Assembly (NCBI RefSeq): GCF_006345805.1
Contig: NC_043003.1
Span: forward strand, 17,112,001 to 17,176,000
Length of the DNA stretch: 64,000 bases
Direction: 5' to 3'
From: Octopus sinensis
Taxonomy: Eukaryota
Positions 36,994-49,275 of the stretch are shown in pieces (the stretch's first letter is position 1; each line of letters opens with the position of its first letter). Made by a program: the position numbers and the translations under genes. The notes below the pieces were generated by a model that did not search any database, was not told the DNA's origin, and saw only the letters and a program-made list of their open reading frames with translations.

Positions 36994-37150
36994 CAACAAC
37001 AACAAAGTCGAAAAATATCTTAGGAATGAGAACTCAGGGTCGAAATTTCCCCAAGACACCTGATGAAGGCTAGAGGGTATATTAGCCGACACGTTGTGTT
37101 AACAACAAGCAAGATGAGGACAAATATCCGTCAAATGTAAATAATGTAAA
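36771..37150 (+). mobile_element. Composite element: inverted tail (36771-36857), tRNA-like Pol III head (36864-36935), (AAT)n(AAC)n, hammerhead motif, tail
   Basis: A-box TGGCGTAGTGG 36870-36880; B-box-like GAGTTCGATTGC 36913-36924; HHR 37055-37100; tail 37101-37149 is the reverse complement of about 36805-36857. Confidence 0.65.
37055..37100 (+). ncRNA. Minimal hammerhead motif (GAAA mutated to GACA in this copy)
   Basis: gacac-CTGATGA-a-ggcta/gagggtatat/tagcc-GACA-cg-TT-gtgtt; the 34.1 kb sister copy has intact GAAA. Confidence 0.55.
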
Positions 37151-37499
37151 GTTAATTCTATTCATGTTATTAACGGATGGATCTTGATTTCCCTAATTTG
37201 TAACAATTCTGTAAGTTGCTCTTTGGCTCAGACTAAGAAAAATAAAATCATGTACTTTATACCTATAGTTTCTTTTATAATTACATTTAATAAGGCAGCG
37301 AGCTGACAAATTTGTTAGGACAAAATACTTCACGGCATTTCGTCCGTTTACACGTACTGAGTTCAAGTTCTGCCAAGGTTGATTTTACCTTTGACCCTTT
37401 CGTGGTTGATAAAATAAGTACCAGGTCGATAAAATAAGCACTACCCAGGACGAGAATTTCATCACTTTCTAAAATTCATACTTTAAGAAATACTTTATT

Positions 37500-37835
37500 G
37501 AAGGCGCATGGCTCAGTGGCTAGAGCGTCGAGCTTACGATCGTGAGGTTGTGAGCTCGAATCCCGGACCGGGCTGCGTGTTGTGTTCTTGAGCAAGACAA
37601 TTTATTTCACGTTGCGCCAGTTCACTCAGCTGTAGAAATGAGTTGCGACGTCACAGGTGCCAAGCTGTATCTGCTGTTGCCTTTCCCTTGGATAACATCA
37701 GTGGCGTGGAGGGGAGAGGCCGGTATGCATGGGCGACTGCTGGTCTTCCATAAACAACCTTGCCCAGAATTGTGCCTGGGAGGGTAACTTTCTAGGTGCA
37801 ATCCCATGGTCAGTATCGTGACCGAAGCGGGTCTC
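37500..37835 (+). mobile_element. SINE S4-like (tRNA head, CORE-like middle, distinct tail)
   Basis: Shares TCTTGAGCAA.ACA.TT.ATTTCACGTTGC.CCAGT..CTCAGCTG with 21912-22169. Confidence 0.75.
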
Positions 37836-39239
37836 AGAGACTCAGACTTTGAGAGATGTTATCTTAGGATAAATATTTCACAAACACTACAGAGTGTATG
37901 CTTTAAATATCACACACACATACGCACACACACATATATAAATACATACATATATGCAAATGTGTGTGTATGTATATGCGTATATGTACATATTTATACA
38001 TACATACATACATACATACATACATACATACAAATATGTAGCATCTCTGGATGATCAAATTCTTACAATATACCTCAAACAGGAAGAACTGAGATTCATT
38101 TGTTTCGTATCTCCATATTTTTATATCCTGAAATCGCATTGAGGCTGCTAGTTTAGCAATTTAATCTCCTTGAAGTCTATAAAATATGCATTACGAATGA
38201 TCTGAGATATAAAGCGATGGTATATTAACATATTACTCAGTGCAAGACGTATCTGTTTTTTCCATAATACTTACGCCTTGTAGCTATGCATACATCGACA
38301 TGTATGTATGCATATGGTCACGTATATATACCTTAAGTGCCTACAATAAGAGTAATTTTATACGTATTATTCCAGACGGCATATGAAAGCTCATCCTTTC
38401 TCCTAAGTGAGCATATAATGTCATTGTTAGTATTTCAAATGAAATGAGTTAAACGAATATGCAACGAAAATTCTCTTATGTGAGGTGCCAGCTTCTCTCA
38501 GGTAACATTCCTATGAAAATATCGTCGGTCTTTGAGCAATTCTATACGTATTCATGTACAAAACATTTGAGAGCTTTGTGACATGTCGTCCTTCCTGCTA
38601 AGAGGGTATAACACGTCACTGTTTATATCCGGATTGAATAAAGTAAGAAAGAAGTGCAATGAATACTCTCTTGCGTAGGATGCCATCTATCACAGACAAC
38701 ATTCCTACAAAATATAGTCGGTTCCTATAACAATGTCAATTGGTATACAAGTATATGTAGTATCGTACCTAGAGATAACGAAATGTTGCTGAAACTATGA
38801 GATCACAACTAGTGAGACAGTAATCCGATACTTTAGTTATTCACTCTTTTGGTATCTACCAACGAAGGGAAGGTGTACTAGAAATAGCAGCCAAATTTCC
38901 CTCAAATTATGTCTTACCGTCTTCAACAAAAACAAAAGATACATTGAACAATGTACTCCTTTGTACACAAAAAGTCGAGATGCTTACAGCCTTTGAACAC
39001 GAACAACAGCAAAATCTCTAATGAAATCGCTGTTTATTAATATAATGTAAACTGTACAGTATAGCCAGACGTCATGGTGGATGTTACCAGACCACAGCGA
39101 ATTTGGCTCTGTAATATGTACCATGCTTTCGCTAATTGCTTTGAGTGTCAGTGTAATAATAAGCAGACACAAACATCCTCTTGATCCTTTCGCTGTTGAC
39201 CTGCAGAACGTCCAAGAATTAACAACCGGAGAGCTAGAC

Positions 39240-39255
39240 ATATAGATAGACAGAC

Positions 39256-39333
<78 letters not shown>

Positions 39334-39406
39334 AGAGAAAGAGTAGGTGAGAGGGAGAGAGAGTTGCGAGAGTGAGAGAGAGAGAGATAGATAGATAGCA
39401 ACAGAG

Positions 39407-39441
<35 letters not shown>

Positions 39442-39745
39442 CTCGCTAGAGCTGAATAGATACGAGTAATATGAATTGAATTGCCCTTTTCATAGATCCT
39501 GTTCTAGGAATTAAACCTGTGTCTCCTGTTTCCTAAACATTTTGCTCGGCGCACTAACGATTCTGTCAGCTTTCCACAAGTAAAGGAAGTGAAATAGAGA
39601 CAGTGCGTATGTTTATTATTGTCATAATGACCTTCCCGAGATCCAGAAATATCCTTGTGCTTTATAACGTAAATGTCTTTTAAATTCACATCTTTACGAT
39701 TTAACTATCGCCATAAAATAAATGGATGCTATAGCTTAAAAAAAA
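39240..39745 (+). repeat. Local segmental duplication, copy 1 (copy 2 at about 42040-42571)
   Basis: (GATA)n/(GA)n plus about 300 bp of non-simple sequence from GCTGAATAGATACGAGTAA to GCTATAGCTTAAAAAA, repeated 2829 bp downstream with several substitutions. Confidence 0.9.
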
Positions 39746-40475
39746 ATCTGCTTCTTGGTTTCTGCGAGATTTAACAAGTTTTTGTTTATCTTTCTAAAAA
39801 CGTCAAACAAACAAAGGGAGAGTGATACCGTTAGAACATAGGGAACAGGCAGACAGACAAACAGACAGGCAAAGAATTTTATATAGAGAGAGATGAAGGA
39901 GATGTACGTTCAGTACAGCAGATTTCCCTAACAATCAGTAGAAACCGTCAAAGTTACTACAAACGTCAGGCTTCGTAATCTCCAACAATATCGCATGGCA
40001 ATTTCACATATATAATAGATTCTAACATAGGCACACGCACAGGGCCGGGAATTTGTGCAATGTTTTTCTGTACAACAGAATAAGTATGCTATGTTGCTTA
40101 TAAACTGTAAACTGACATAAACTGACATTAATATTATCCTGGACAATCGTTATCTGTACTTATCAGTATAAATCTCAAGAATACATTTTCCTCAAATTCT
40201 GTTACAGGCTGTTAGCATATATAATTACAACGACCGCTCATTTGCACTAACTGGATCGAGGTATTACCGGTGTTCACACAGCTTTCCGTTCTCCAGCTGC
40301 TAAGGATAGAAACAACATCTGGTGTACCGTAAAATTATTGCGTCACGTAATCAGGCCCATCTCCCGCCAACACCTTATGGTGGTTTATAATCAGAAATGG
40401 CGATACCTTCGCACTTTTAATTACTGATTCAGAAGGAAGTTCGACTTTCTCCTATGTTTACTATAGTATCTTTGT

Positions 40476-40680
40476 ACTCTTTACTCTTTACTTGTTTCAG
40501 TCATTTGACTGTGGCCAAGCTGGAGTACCGCCTTGTAGTCGAGCAAATCGACCCCGGGACTTATTCTTTGTAAGCCTAGTACTTATTCTATCGGTTTCAT
40601 TTGCCGAACCGCTAAGTTACGGGAACGTAAACACACCACCATCGGTTGTCAGGTGATGTTGGGGGACAAACACAGACACA

Positions 40681-40735
<55 letters not shown>

Positions 40736-40915
40736 ATATACATATACATATATACGACGGGATTCTTTCAGTTTCCACCTACCAAATCCACTCACAAGGC
40801 TTTGGTCGGCTCGAGGCTATTGTAGAAGACACTTGCCCAAAGTGCCACGCAGTGGGACTGAACCCGGAACCATGTGGTTGGTAAGCAAGCTACTTACCAC
40901 ACAGCCACTCCTGCG
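40476..40915 (-). mobile_element. SINE S1, full length
   Basis: Matches the S1 consensus. Confidence 0.85.
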
Positions 40916-40978
40916 TATGCATTGATACTTTTTGTCTCTTCTTGCGAACCTCACTCATTTCAAGGAAATTTCTCACTC

Positions 40979-41017
<39 letters not shown>

Positions 41018-41447
41018 TGCGTGCGTGCATGTATGTATGTATGTATGTACGTATCGAACCAAACCCATCCTTCGAGTTTCTTTATCCATTTTAGGAACTT
41101 TATTGTTGCTGGCGAGAATTGTATGCTGTTGAAATCATAGCAATTTTTTTAAACTTCGGGAGAATGCGAAATGATTCTTTTTCGAAATAATGGATCTGAA
41201 AGCAAATAAAGCTATAAATAATAGCATATAAATATGGTGTTATAAAATCTTTGGATAGAAAATATATGTATTGCATCTTTAACATCAACAATATTGATGG
41301 CCATTTTGATATTTATCATCAATTTCTATTGTAGATATATCTATTGCTACTATTTCCAACCAGTCAGTAATAGCCATCCGGCACAATTCTATTCAGAGTT
41401 GTCATCTAGATTGCGCTTTCTCCATTCAAGCTTGTAGGTCTCATAAA

Positions 41448-41848
41448 TAAGGCGGCGAGCTGGCAGAATCGTTAGCACGCAGGGCGAAATGCGTAGCCGT
41501 ATTTCGTTTGCCGTTACGTTCTGAGTTCAAATTCCGCCGAGGTCGAATTTGCCTTTCATCCTTTCGGGGTCGATAAATTAAGTACCAGTTACGCACTGGA
41601 GTCGATCTAATTGACATAATCCCTTTGTCTGTCTTTGTTTATCCTCTCTATGTTAAACTTCTTGTGGGTAGTAAAGAAATAGGTATTTCGTCTGTCTTTA
41701 CGTTCTGAGTTCAAATTCCGCCGAGGTCGACTTTGCCTTTCATCCTTTCAGGGTCGATACATTAAGTACCAGTTACGTACTGGGGTAGATATAATCGACT
41801 GGTCCCCTCCTCCAAAATTTCGGGCCTTGTACCTAGAGTAAAAAAAAA
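41448..41848 (+). mobile_element. Dimeric SINE S2 with 15-bp TSD
   Basis: TSD TGTAGGTCTCATAAA at 41433-41447 and 41849-41863; internal junction AAAGAAATA/GGTATTTCGTC near 41680. Confidence 0.9.
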
Positions 41849-42038
41849 TGTAGGTCTCATAAAAAGGACAATTTGGTGAATGAAGAACTCGGAGAGAATC
41901 TGAGTGATTCACCCTATACTGTTTTTTCCGCAAAATATTCCCCTCCCATGTTCTAATCAAAGTAATAATTTCGTCAGGCTCCTTTTTTAAATACTTGTCT
42001 CTCATACTCAACTCAGACCTCCTTAAAATTATCGCTTG

Positions 42039-42039
<1 letters not shown>

Positions 42040-42072
<33 letters not shown>

Positions 42073-42208
42073 AGAGATAGAGTGGGAGAGAGGGAGAGAG
42101 AGTTGCGAGAGATAGATAGATAGATAAATAGATAGATAGATAGCGAGAGAGAAAGAGAGGGAGACGGAGAGAGAGAATGTGAGAGTGTGAGAGAGATAAC
42201 TAGATAGC

Positions 42209-42243
<35 letters not shown>

Positions 42244-42571
42244 AGGGAACGAGAGAGAGAGAGAGAGAGGCTCGTTAGAGCTGAATAGATACGAGTAACA
42301 TGAATTGAATTGCCCTTTTCATAGACCCTGTTCCAGGAATTAAACCTGTGTCTCCTGTTTCCTAAACATTTTGCTCGGCGCGCTAACGATTCTGTCAGCT
42401 TGCCACAAGTAAAGAAGTGAAATAGAGACAGTGTGTATGTTTATTATTGTCATAATGACCTTCCCGAGATCTAGAAATATCCTTGTGCTTTATAACGTAA
42501 ATGTCTTGTAAATTCACATCTTTACGATTTAACTATCGCCATAAAATAAATGGATGCTATAGCTTAAAAAA
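42040..42571 (+). repeat. Local segmental duplication, copy 2
   Basis: See 39240-39745. Confidence 0.9.
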
Positions 42572-44457
42572 TATGTGCAGAAACTACTTACATCCATTTC
42601 CAGAGAAATAAACAGTTGATGTTGGAAGGAAGTTATTTAAAGGGCTTCTTTCCTAGCCGAGTCATGGCGATTTAATTATTTAGTTCTTTTAAGAATTTAA
42701 CACGGCAGAATTTCGGCACTTCGTTCTCGGATCCCTGCGATTGAATCTCTCTCAGTAAAATCAGCTCAATGCCAACTACCCATGAACAAGTTCGCCCATT
42801 AATCGGCGGTTTGTTCTCAGACTTCTTTAGGCGTCGATATCACTCAGCAAAATGTAGCTCAACTGAGATTAGCTCATGAATAACGTCACCCCAAAAAAGA
42901 TAAAATCTTTCTAAGAACCAACTAGAAGAACAATTTCCCCTATGATGAGAAGCTTTCGTTCCTTCTGCTACACAAGCTATAATATCGCTTCCTTAAGTAG
43001 TATTTTCCTTCTGTTTACAAAGCTTATGACGTGCCCATCTTTCAACAACCTCGCTCCCTTTCCATAATTGCTTGCATGCATTTACATGATATGCTAGAAA
43101 TAATACAGAACTAATTTTTGATATTTTTCTTCATTTACATGCCTTTTTTTAATGTGTATATTATCAAAGTACGTCCTTCTTGCTAATAAAGTTGTTATTA
43201 TATTATCTTCTCCTTTTTTTCTGAACGCTAAACTGTTTGGTTTGCGTAATTTTTCAAATCAACCGACGATTAAGTTTCTTTTATTGTAAACAAACAAAGG
43301 AACTTTTACACCGCTGCTTTCCAAAGTTAAATATATGTTAACATTGTTTTTACACTATATATTATAAGGGTAATTCGACTTCAATTATTATTTCTGTAGG
43401 TCTATGGGAACCTTTTTCTTTGCTACAATAAAGTTTCTTGAGAAAATGTACCGCATTTGCCAGCGTATAAGACACGCTTTTTTTTTTTCTAATTTTAAAT
43501 GTATCAAAAAACTGCCCTGCTTCTAATGCGGCCGTATTAAGGATGGGGAACCGGGTGTCGAAGGTTAGGGAGCTGGGTCAGAATTAGTCTGCAAGGTACA
43601 ATAATTTCTACTCATGACAAAATGTGGAACAAGCTAAAATAGCACAAACTTACGAAGCATTTTTTACGGTCAACAGTTACGTGTAGGAAGCGACATTATT
43701 TCAGGATATGTAACATACACCTGATATATGGCTTACGTTATTAAATGATACTGTTACCTTTAAGAAACTTTAATTGTCTAAATCTGTTTTTCAATTTTGG
43801 CTCATGGGCCCCTTTACTCGGGTGGGCCCCATAGCTATTCAATGTTTAGAAGCTCCAGTGATATTTTTGTAATTAGATATCATTAAGAATTGTAACATAA
43901 AAAAATGTTAAAATATTTTGTGATGTGAGAGTAAAACTAATTTATTACGCTTAAATTTTAACAACAAAAAAATCTCAAATGGATCCTCAAGGGTCATCTG
44001 GATCCCGGTTGATAACCAATGGTCTAAACGAAAAATTCTCCAAGAAATGTGAAAGGAATATTGACGAACTTTCATCCGTCCGTCATCTATTTGTAATGAG
44101 TGGATAACAACAAAGCTGTAGCCGCGGTGCACCACCCTGGTAAACAACGGTTACAGAACACATCATAAACAGAAATACAAGTTATATATCCAGCAGATAA
44201 TTCTCTTGACCAAAATACAAGCAACAATGTACTTGATCTGAAAGAAGATAAAGTTGAACAGTTTATTCATAACAAGTGTAAGGTTTCATATTTTATTCTG
44301 GTATACTATCACAGTATTGTATATGCTTGTAGAGAATCTCTCTCTTTTACCCTTTTACTTGTTTCAGTCATGTGACTGTAGCCATGCTGGAGCACCGCCT
44401 TTAGTCGAGCAAATCGACCCCAGGACTTATTCTTTGTAAGCCTAGTACTTATTCTAG

Positions 44458-44663
44458 GACATTGCTCCTTCAGACTACCATTTGTTTCGTAGTTTACAGA
44501 ATCATTTGGGGACATAACTTTCGCAAGCCAGGAGGAGGTCGAAACTGACATTTTAGAGTTCTTCGCTTTGAAACCAAAAGAATTTTACATTGATGGGATG
44601 AAAAAGCTTGTAAAGAGACGGAAGGAAGTCAAAGATAATCAGGGAAAGTACATTGATGGTTAA
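44458..44663 (+). mobile_element. Mariner transposase C-terminal fragment
   Basis: DIAPSDYHLFRSLQNHLG/ITFASQEEVETDILEFFALKPKEFYIDGMKKLVKRRKEVKDNQGKYIDG* (one frameshift) matches the YSPDLAPSDYHLF motif region. Confidence 0.85.
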
Positions 44664-45599
44664 ATTTCAATTAAATATAACATTTGATCACTTGTTTTCT
44701 TTATTCAAAATTCGGACAGAACTTACGGGATGACCTGATATTTCATATTCTCTCGTATCCTCTATATTCAATGTGTGATAGATATGTGTGTGTGTGTGTG
44801 TATACACTCGCATGTAAAAGATTCGAGAAAATATGAAATATAACATTTTAAAGCTAAGTCTCGACTTGAGTACGGCTACACACTCACAAACACACACACA
44901 TACACATACTTATGGTGTGTGTCTGCGCGCGTGTGTGTGTGAGAGAGAGAGAGAAAGAAAGAAAGAAAGAGAGAGAGAGATAAACACACATTTCTTACCT
45001 TCTTTATGAACATTACTACCCGCTATATTCAACATTTTAATGCTATTTCATTTAAAGACACTTTTCACTTACTCAAACGAACGTAATTCCAAAACTTTCT
45101 TGTATTCCAAATTAATACGACTTTTCTCTTAGTAACACACGCACGAGTACAAATAGGCATTTATTTATATTATCTAAATGACTTCAGATAAAAACCGAAC
45201 TTCAATGGCCGTTCTAAAACTACTTATGTTTCATTAGATACGTTTCATTAAATAATGATTTAAATATAAATTCGGATGCCCCATGTAACATTTTTAGCAT
45301 TTCTTCTAACAGTCCTACCCATGTTATACAACAAAATAATTAAAACAACTAACATCTTTAAATTTAAATTCCTCGCCTATAACATTTAACCTTTGTGCAC
45401 AATATATTAAATTTGTTTCAGCATTTATTCTATATCATTAGTTATTTGTCTATTGTGTCTTAATATTTGTCCTCTACAAATATTTCCTTAGAAAATAGCC
45501 ACTGAGTCGGCGTTACTATTCAATTCATGCTTAAAGGGAAGCTGACAAATAAGATTTTTAGCATTTAGGGGGTCTGAGATTCCAGCAATCCAAGAGAAA

Positions 45600-46260
45600 G
45601 GAATCTGATGCTTTGAAAGAACTACGACTGTACCTTTAAGGACAATGGCCATTCTAAACACACTAGGACCCAACTGAACCACATTATGACTTAGAGCCCA
45701 GAGAGTAGGCCGGTACAAATCGAAACATGAAAACATCCTTGCAGAAATTGCCAAATGGACGGACCTGAGGAAAATTAAGGCCAACTAACACAACAGCCAT
45801 CATTTCTCAAAAGTATTAAATTTTTAACGGCAAGAGACAAGGCTTCCGAGAAGAAAGCAATCGTAGGCGGCTCGTATTCTATTTTGCATTGAGATTTAGA
45901 CCTGGAAAATGCAAATGGACCTGAAGTGTAAGACTTGTGTTTCATTATGATGTGGTGGTAACATCGCTCCGACCAGACATGCCCCTGCTGTCTAGTAGTG
46001 TAAGAACACTCATCATCACTGAACTCCCAGTTACATAAGAGGACAGGCTTCTCACCACGAGAAGAAAGCTAAATATCAAGATTTGATTGATAAGGTGCTT
46101 GTTGAACGATAGCTTGCAGCATCATTCCTTATTGAAGTTGGCTACCGTGGATTTTCATTGAGATCGATGCACTGATTCTTGCAGAAGGTTGGTTTGGAAC
46201 AACTAAAGGCCACCAAGGAGAAAGGCATGACACATTAAACCAACTCAAGAAGGCTGCGGT
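45600..46260 (+). mobile_element. Decayed HERO/R2-superfamily non-LTR retrotransposon, RLE domain
   Basis: Across frames: LNHIM..GRYKSKHENILAEIAKW..VVTSLRPDMPLLS..LIITELPVT*EDR..KAKYQDLID..FLIEVGYRGF, matching GRY.WRHD.VL / TSLRPD..IELTVPWE / EVGCRGF. Confidence 0.7.
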
Positions 46261-46449
46261 TTAAAATAGATCCCAGAGGGAACTTTTCTGCAGATGAAGG
46301 CCATTTCATTCCTTGCCGTCCCACTCAGGCGAAGCGTACGGGCTAGGGTCAAAACGCATATGACACTGAGACAATTGCTGACGACACGAAGAGTTGCGAA
46401 GGCTTTAGTTATCAACAAGAAGAACATGCAATATCTCTAAGTAGCCAGG

Positions 46450-46655
46450 CTGTGAGTCAGCAGAATAGTTAGCGGACCGGGCGAAATGCTTAGCGGCTTT
46501 TCGTCCGTCTTTATATTCTGAGTTCAAATTCCGTTAAGGTCGACTTTGCCTTTGATCCTTTCGGGGTCGATAAAATAAGAACCGGTTGAGTACTGGAGTC
46601 GATGTAATCGACTTCGACTTAGCTCCCTTTTCCTCCAGCTTACTGTCCTTGTGCC
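46450..46655 (+). mobile_element. SINE S2, diverged copy
   Basis: Head GGCTGTGAGTCAGCAGAAT.. and B-box GAGTTCAAATTCC. Confidence 0.7.
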
Positions 46656-47188
46656 AAAATTTGAAATCAATATTTCTAAGTAGCTCCTGCAGTTTCTGTG
46701 AGGAGCAAAGCAATTCTGCTGTTTATTTCTCACATACATTATTGCTATATCCACTGTCCAGAGACTGGTCATCACTCTTTGCAACACCCAGATACAACAG
46801 ATGGAGTCACTAGCCGTAATTCTATTAACAATTTAGTTTCTAAGACAATATTAAGACTTACCGCGCTGTGGTTTTATATCTACCCTCTAATTTTCTATTT
46901 TCATAACATTTAATCCTCTATGCGAACTCAAAATTCTTGTAAGCTGTACATCAACATATTCTTCACTTTACTTATATATTTTGCGGTATATCTTCAGTTA
47001 GATTACTTCTATTTTTATATTATTCTTCTTAAAATTTATTATATAATAATCATACGCCAAAGTTTTGTATACTTTTCTTATAAACATACATTTGTATGTA
47101 TAAGTTTGTATTCATAAATATTTATATCTATGTATCTAATTAAACATATGGGGGAACACACACACACGCACACACACACACACACACA

Positions 47189-47235
<47 letters not shown>

Positions 47236-47409
47236 ACTATGATTTTTCTTTGGGTTTTATTTAACTTCTCCTTGGGAGAGTTTAAGCCGGTTGCTAACAA
47301 AACGTCAAGAATTTTTTAGTTAAGAAAGTCCCCGGTGTTTGTAAATAGGTGCTTGAGTTGGTGCGTTGGTTGAACTGTCGATGCATATACACCCAAATGT
47401 GTGCTTCTA

Positions 47410-47950
47410 TTCACATAAGAATCTTAGATGGAGAATTTTTGACGTCTTACAAATTATCACTGTGCCACTGACATGTTGGATTTCGAGAATCTACGTCAGT
47501 TTCTTTTGCTCTTTCTCCGTGAAACCGAGTATTTCTAAGTTTTTGTGCAAATTTGTTTGCACATATCCTAATGTGCCTATGATGATAGGTACAAATGGGA
47601 ATTCATAGTCAAGGTTCAAGAACTGTAAGTTCTGCATTAATTTGCTATAAATGTACCCATTTTCATGGACTTTTGCTTGTATATTCACATCCGGGTAGCT
47701 GACTTCTACGACGTAACTTTTGTTCCCTGTCCCACAGAACAGTATCAGGTCTGTTATGTTTGCACCGAATTGACATTTTTATTGGGGTGTTCAACCAATA
47801 TTCCCTGTTTTTAAAGGCGTGAACACCTGCTGGTTCTGACACGCCTTTGATGTAAACGTCAAAGCAGTCTTTCCTGCGGGTAGCATTATAAATAGTTTTT
47901 GCAACTATATCATATCTTTGGTCTTTGTTCAATTTTCTTTTCATTATATC
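47410..47950 (-). mobile_element. Decayed R4/Dong-like LINE 3' end, same family as 1-880
   Basis: RYDIVAKTIYNATRRKDC..KHNRPDTVLWDR..VEVSYPDVNIQAKV..LQFLNLDYEFPFVPIIIGTLG..ICKT. Confidence 0.8.
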
Positions 47951-49224
47951 CTCATACTAATATCACGTTTGTAGTATTTGCGTTAGCCCCGCAAAGGCAA
48001 AGTTGCAGAATTCAAAGTGTTATTGCTTAAACTCTATTCAAGTTTCAATGCTCAAATAAATCTCATAAAATACTTTTCACGACGGCAGATACCAATTATT
48101 CAACAGGAACAAAACCAAAAATGGTTATAGCTGTACACCTAACTTTGCGCAGCAAATATTCAAGATGAACACCATAAACCTTTCATACACCGATAACTGT
48201 AACCTACTTATGATTGGCAAATGCCTTAAACTCAAAACTTTCTCCTAGTCTTACTTTTTCTAATAAAAGCTGTTGTGTACCACGCAAATGTCTTAACCAT
48301 TGACGATCTCCAACTGTCGAGTACCACGCAAATGTCTTAACTATTGACGGCTCCCCAGGGATAAACTTTTAACTGTTACATAATGTATTCCGCCTGACAG
48401 ACAAAAGTATATCATTGCACCTCTGATTCTTTAATTCTTTTCGCATGTTTTAATCCATGATCTTGAAAAACATAATTTTGACTTAAACTCATTAGTAATG
48501 CAAATATAAATTATCTAAGAGCAGTACTGATAAGATTTAAAGATATCAAAATATGCGCCTAAAGATGATGGATGATAAGAGCAACATATAGAATACTTAA
48601 CTTTAACAAAATTTAAGCCGACACTGTTGACCTTTCATTGAAGCTTGATATAGGTAGTAGCAACAAAATAATTATCAATTCGATACAGAATACTCAATCT
48701 TCTGTGGATTCAAAGCTTTACCCTACACTAAACACTGAACAATAAATAAATACTACCACTACCCACAAAAGAAGAAAGTAATAAAAAAAAGTTGAGCTTT
48801 TCAGGCACGTCAGCAAAACGGCAGGGAAATCACGTGTTTTGTTAAAAGTATGAAATACACAGTATTAAGGATAGGAAAAAAGTTAGATGTTACTTTGAAA
48901 CAGAAAATAAAAGTACGAAGACGTTCGACACCTTTTCTGACTATAAACTACGTTTTGGGTGTTGGCTGGAGATGGTACCTGACTACATACTAGAATAATT
49001 CATCTGCAAGGCAGATGTTGATTTTAACATTAACGAGAACTTTAGCAAAAGAAATTTTAATGCACACGCTCAAATATACATATATATATACATGTATGAG
49101 TGTGTATACATATGTATGTATATATATATATATATTATATATATATATATATATTTGTATGTATGTATGTATGTATGTATGTATGTATGTATTATGTATG
49201 TATGTATGTATATATGTATGTATG

Positions 49225-49275
<51 letters not shown>

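Noticed and set aside
42900-43090. Possible SWIM-type transposon protein remnant on the minus strand (YGKGARLLKDGHVISF)
   Set aside because: A single short motif with no recoverable downstream Cys/His pattern; too weak without a profile search.
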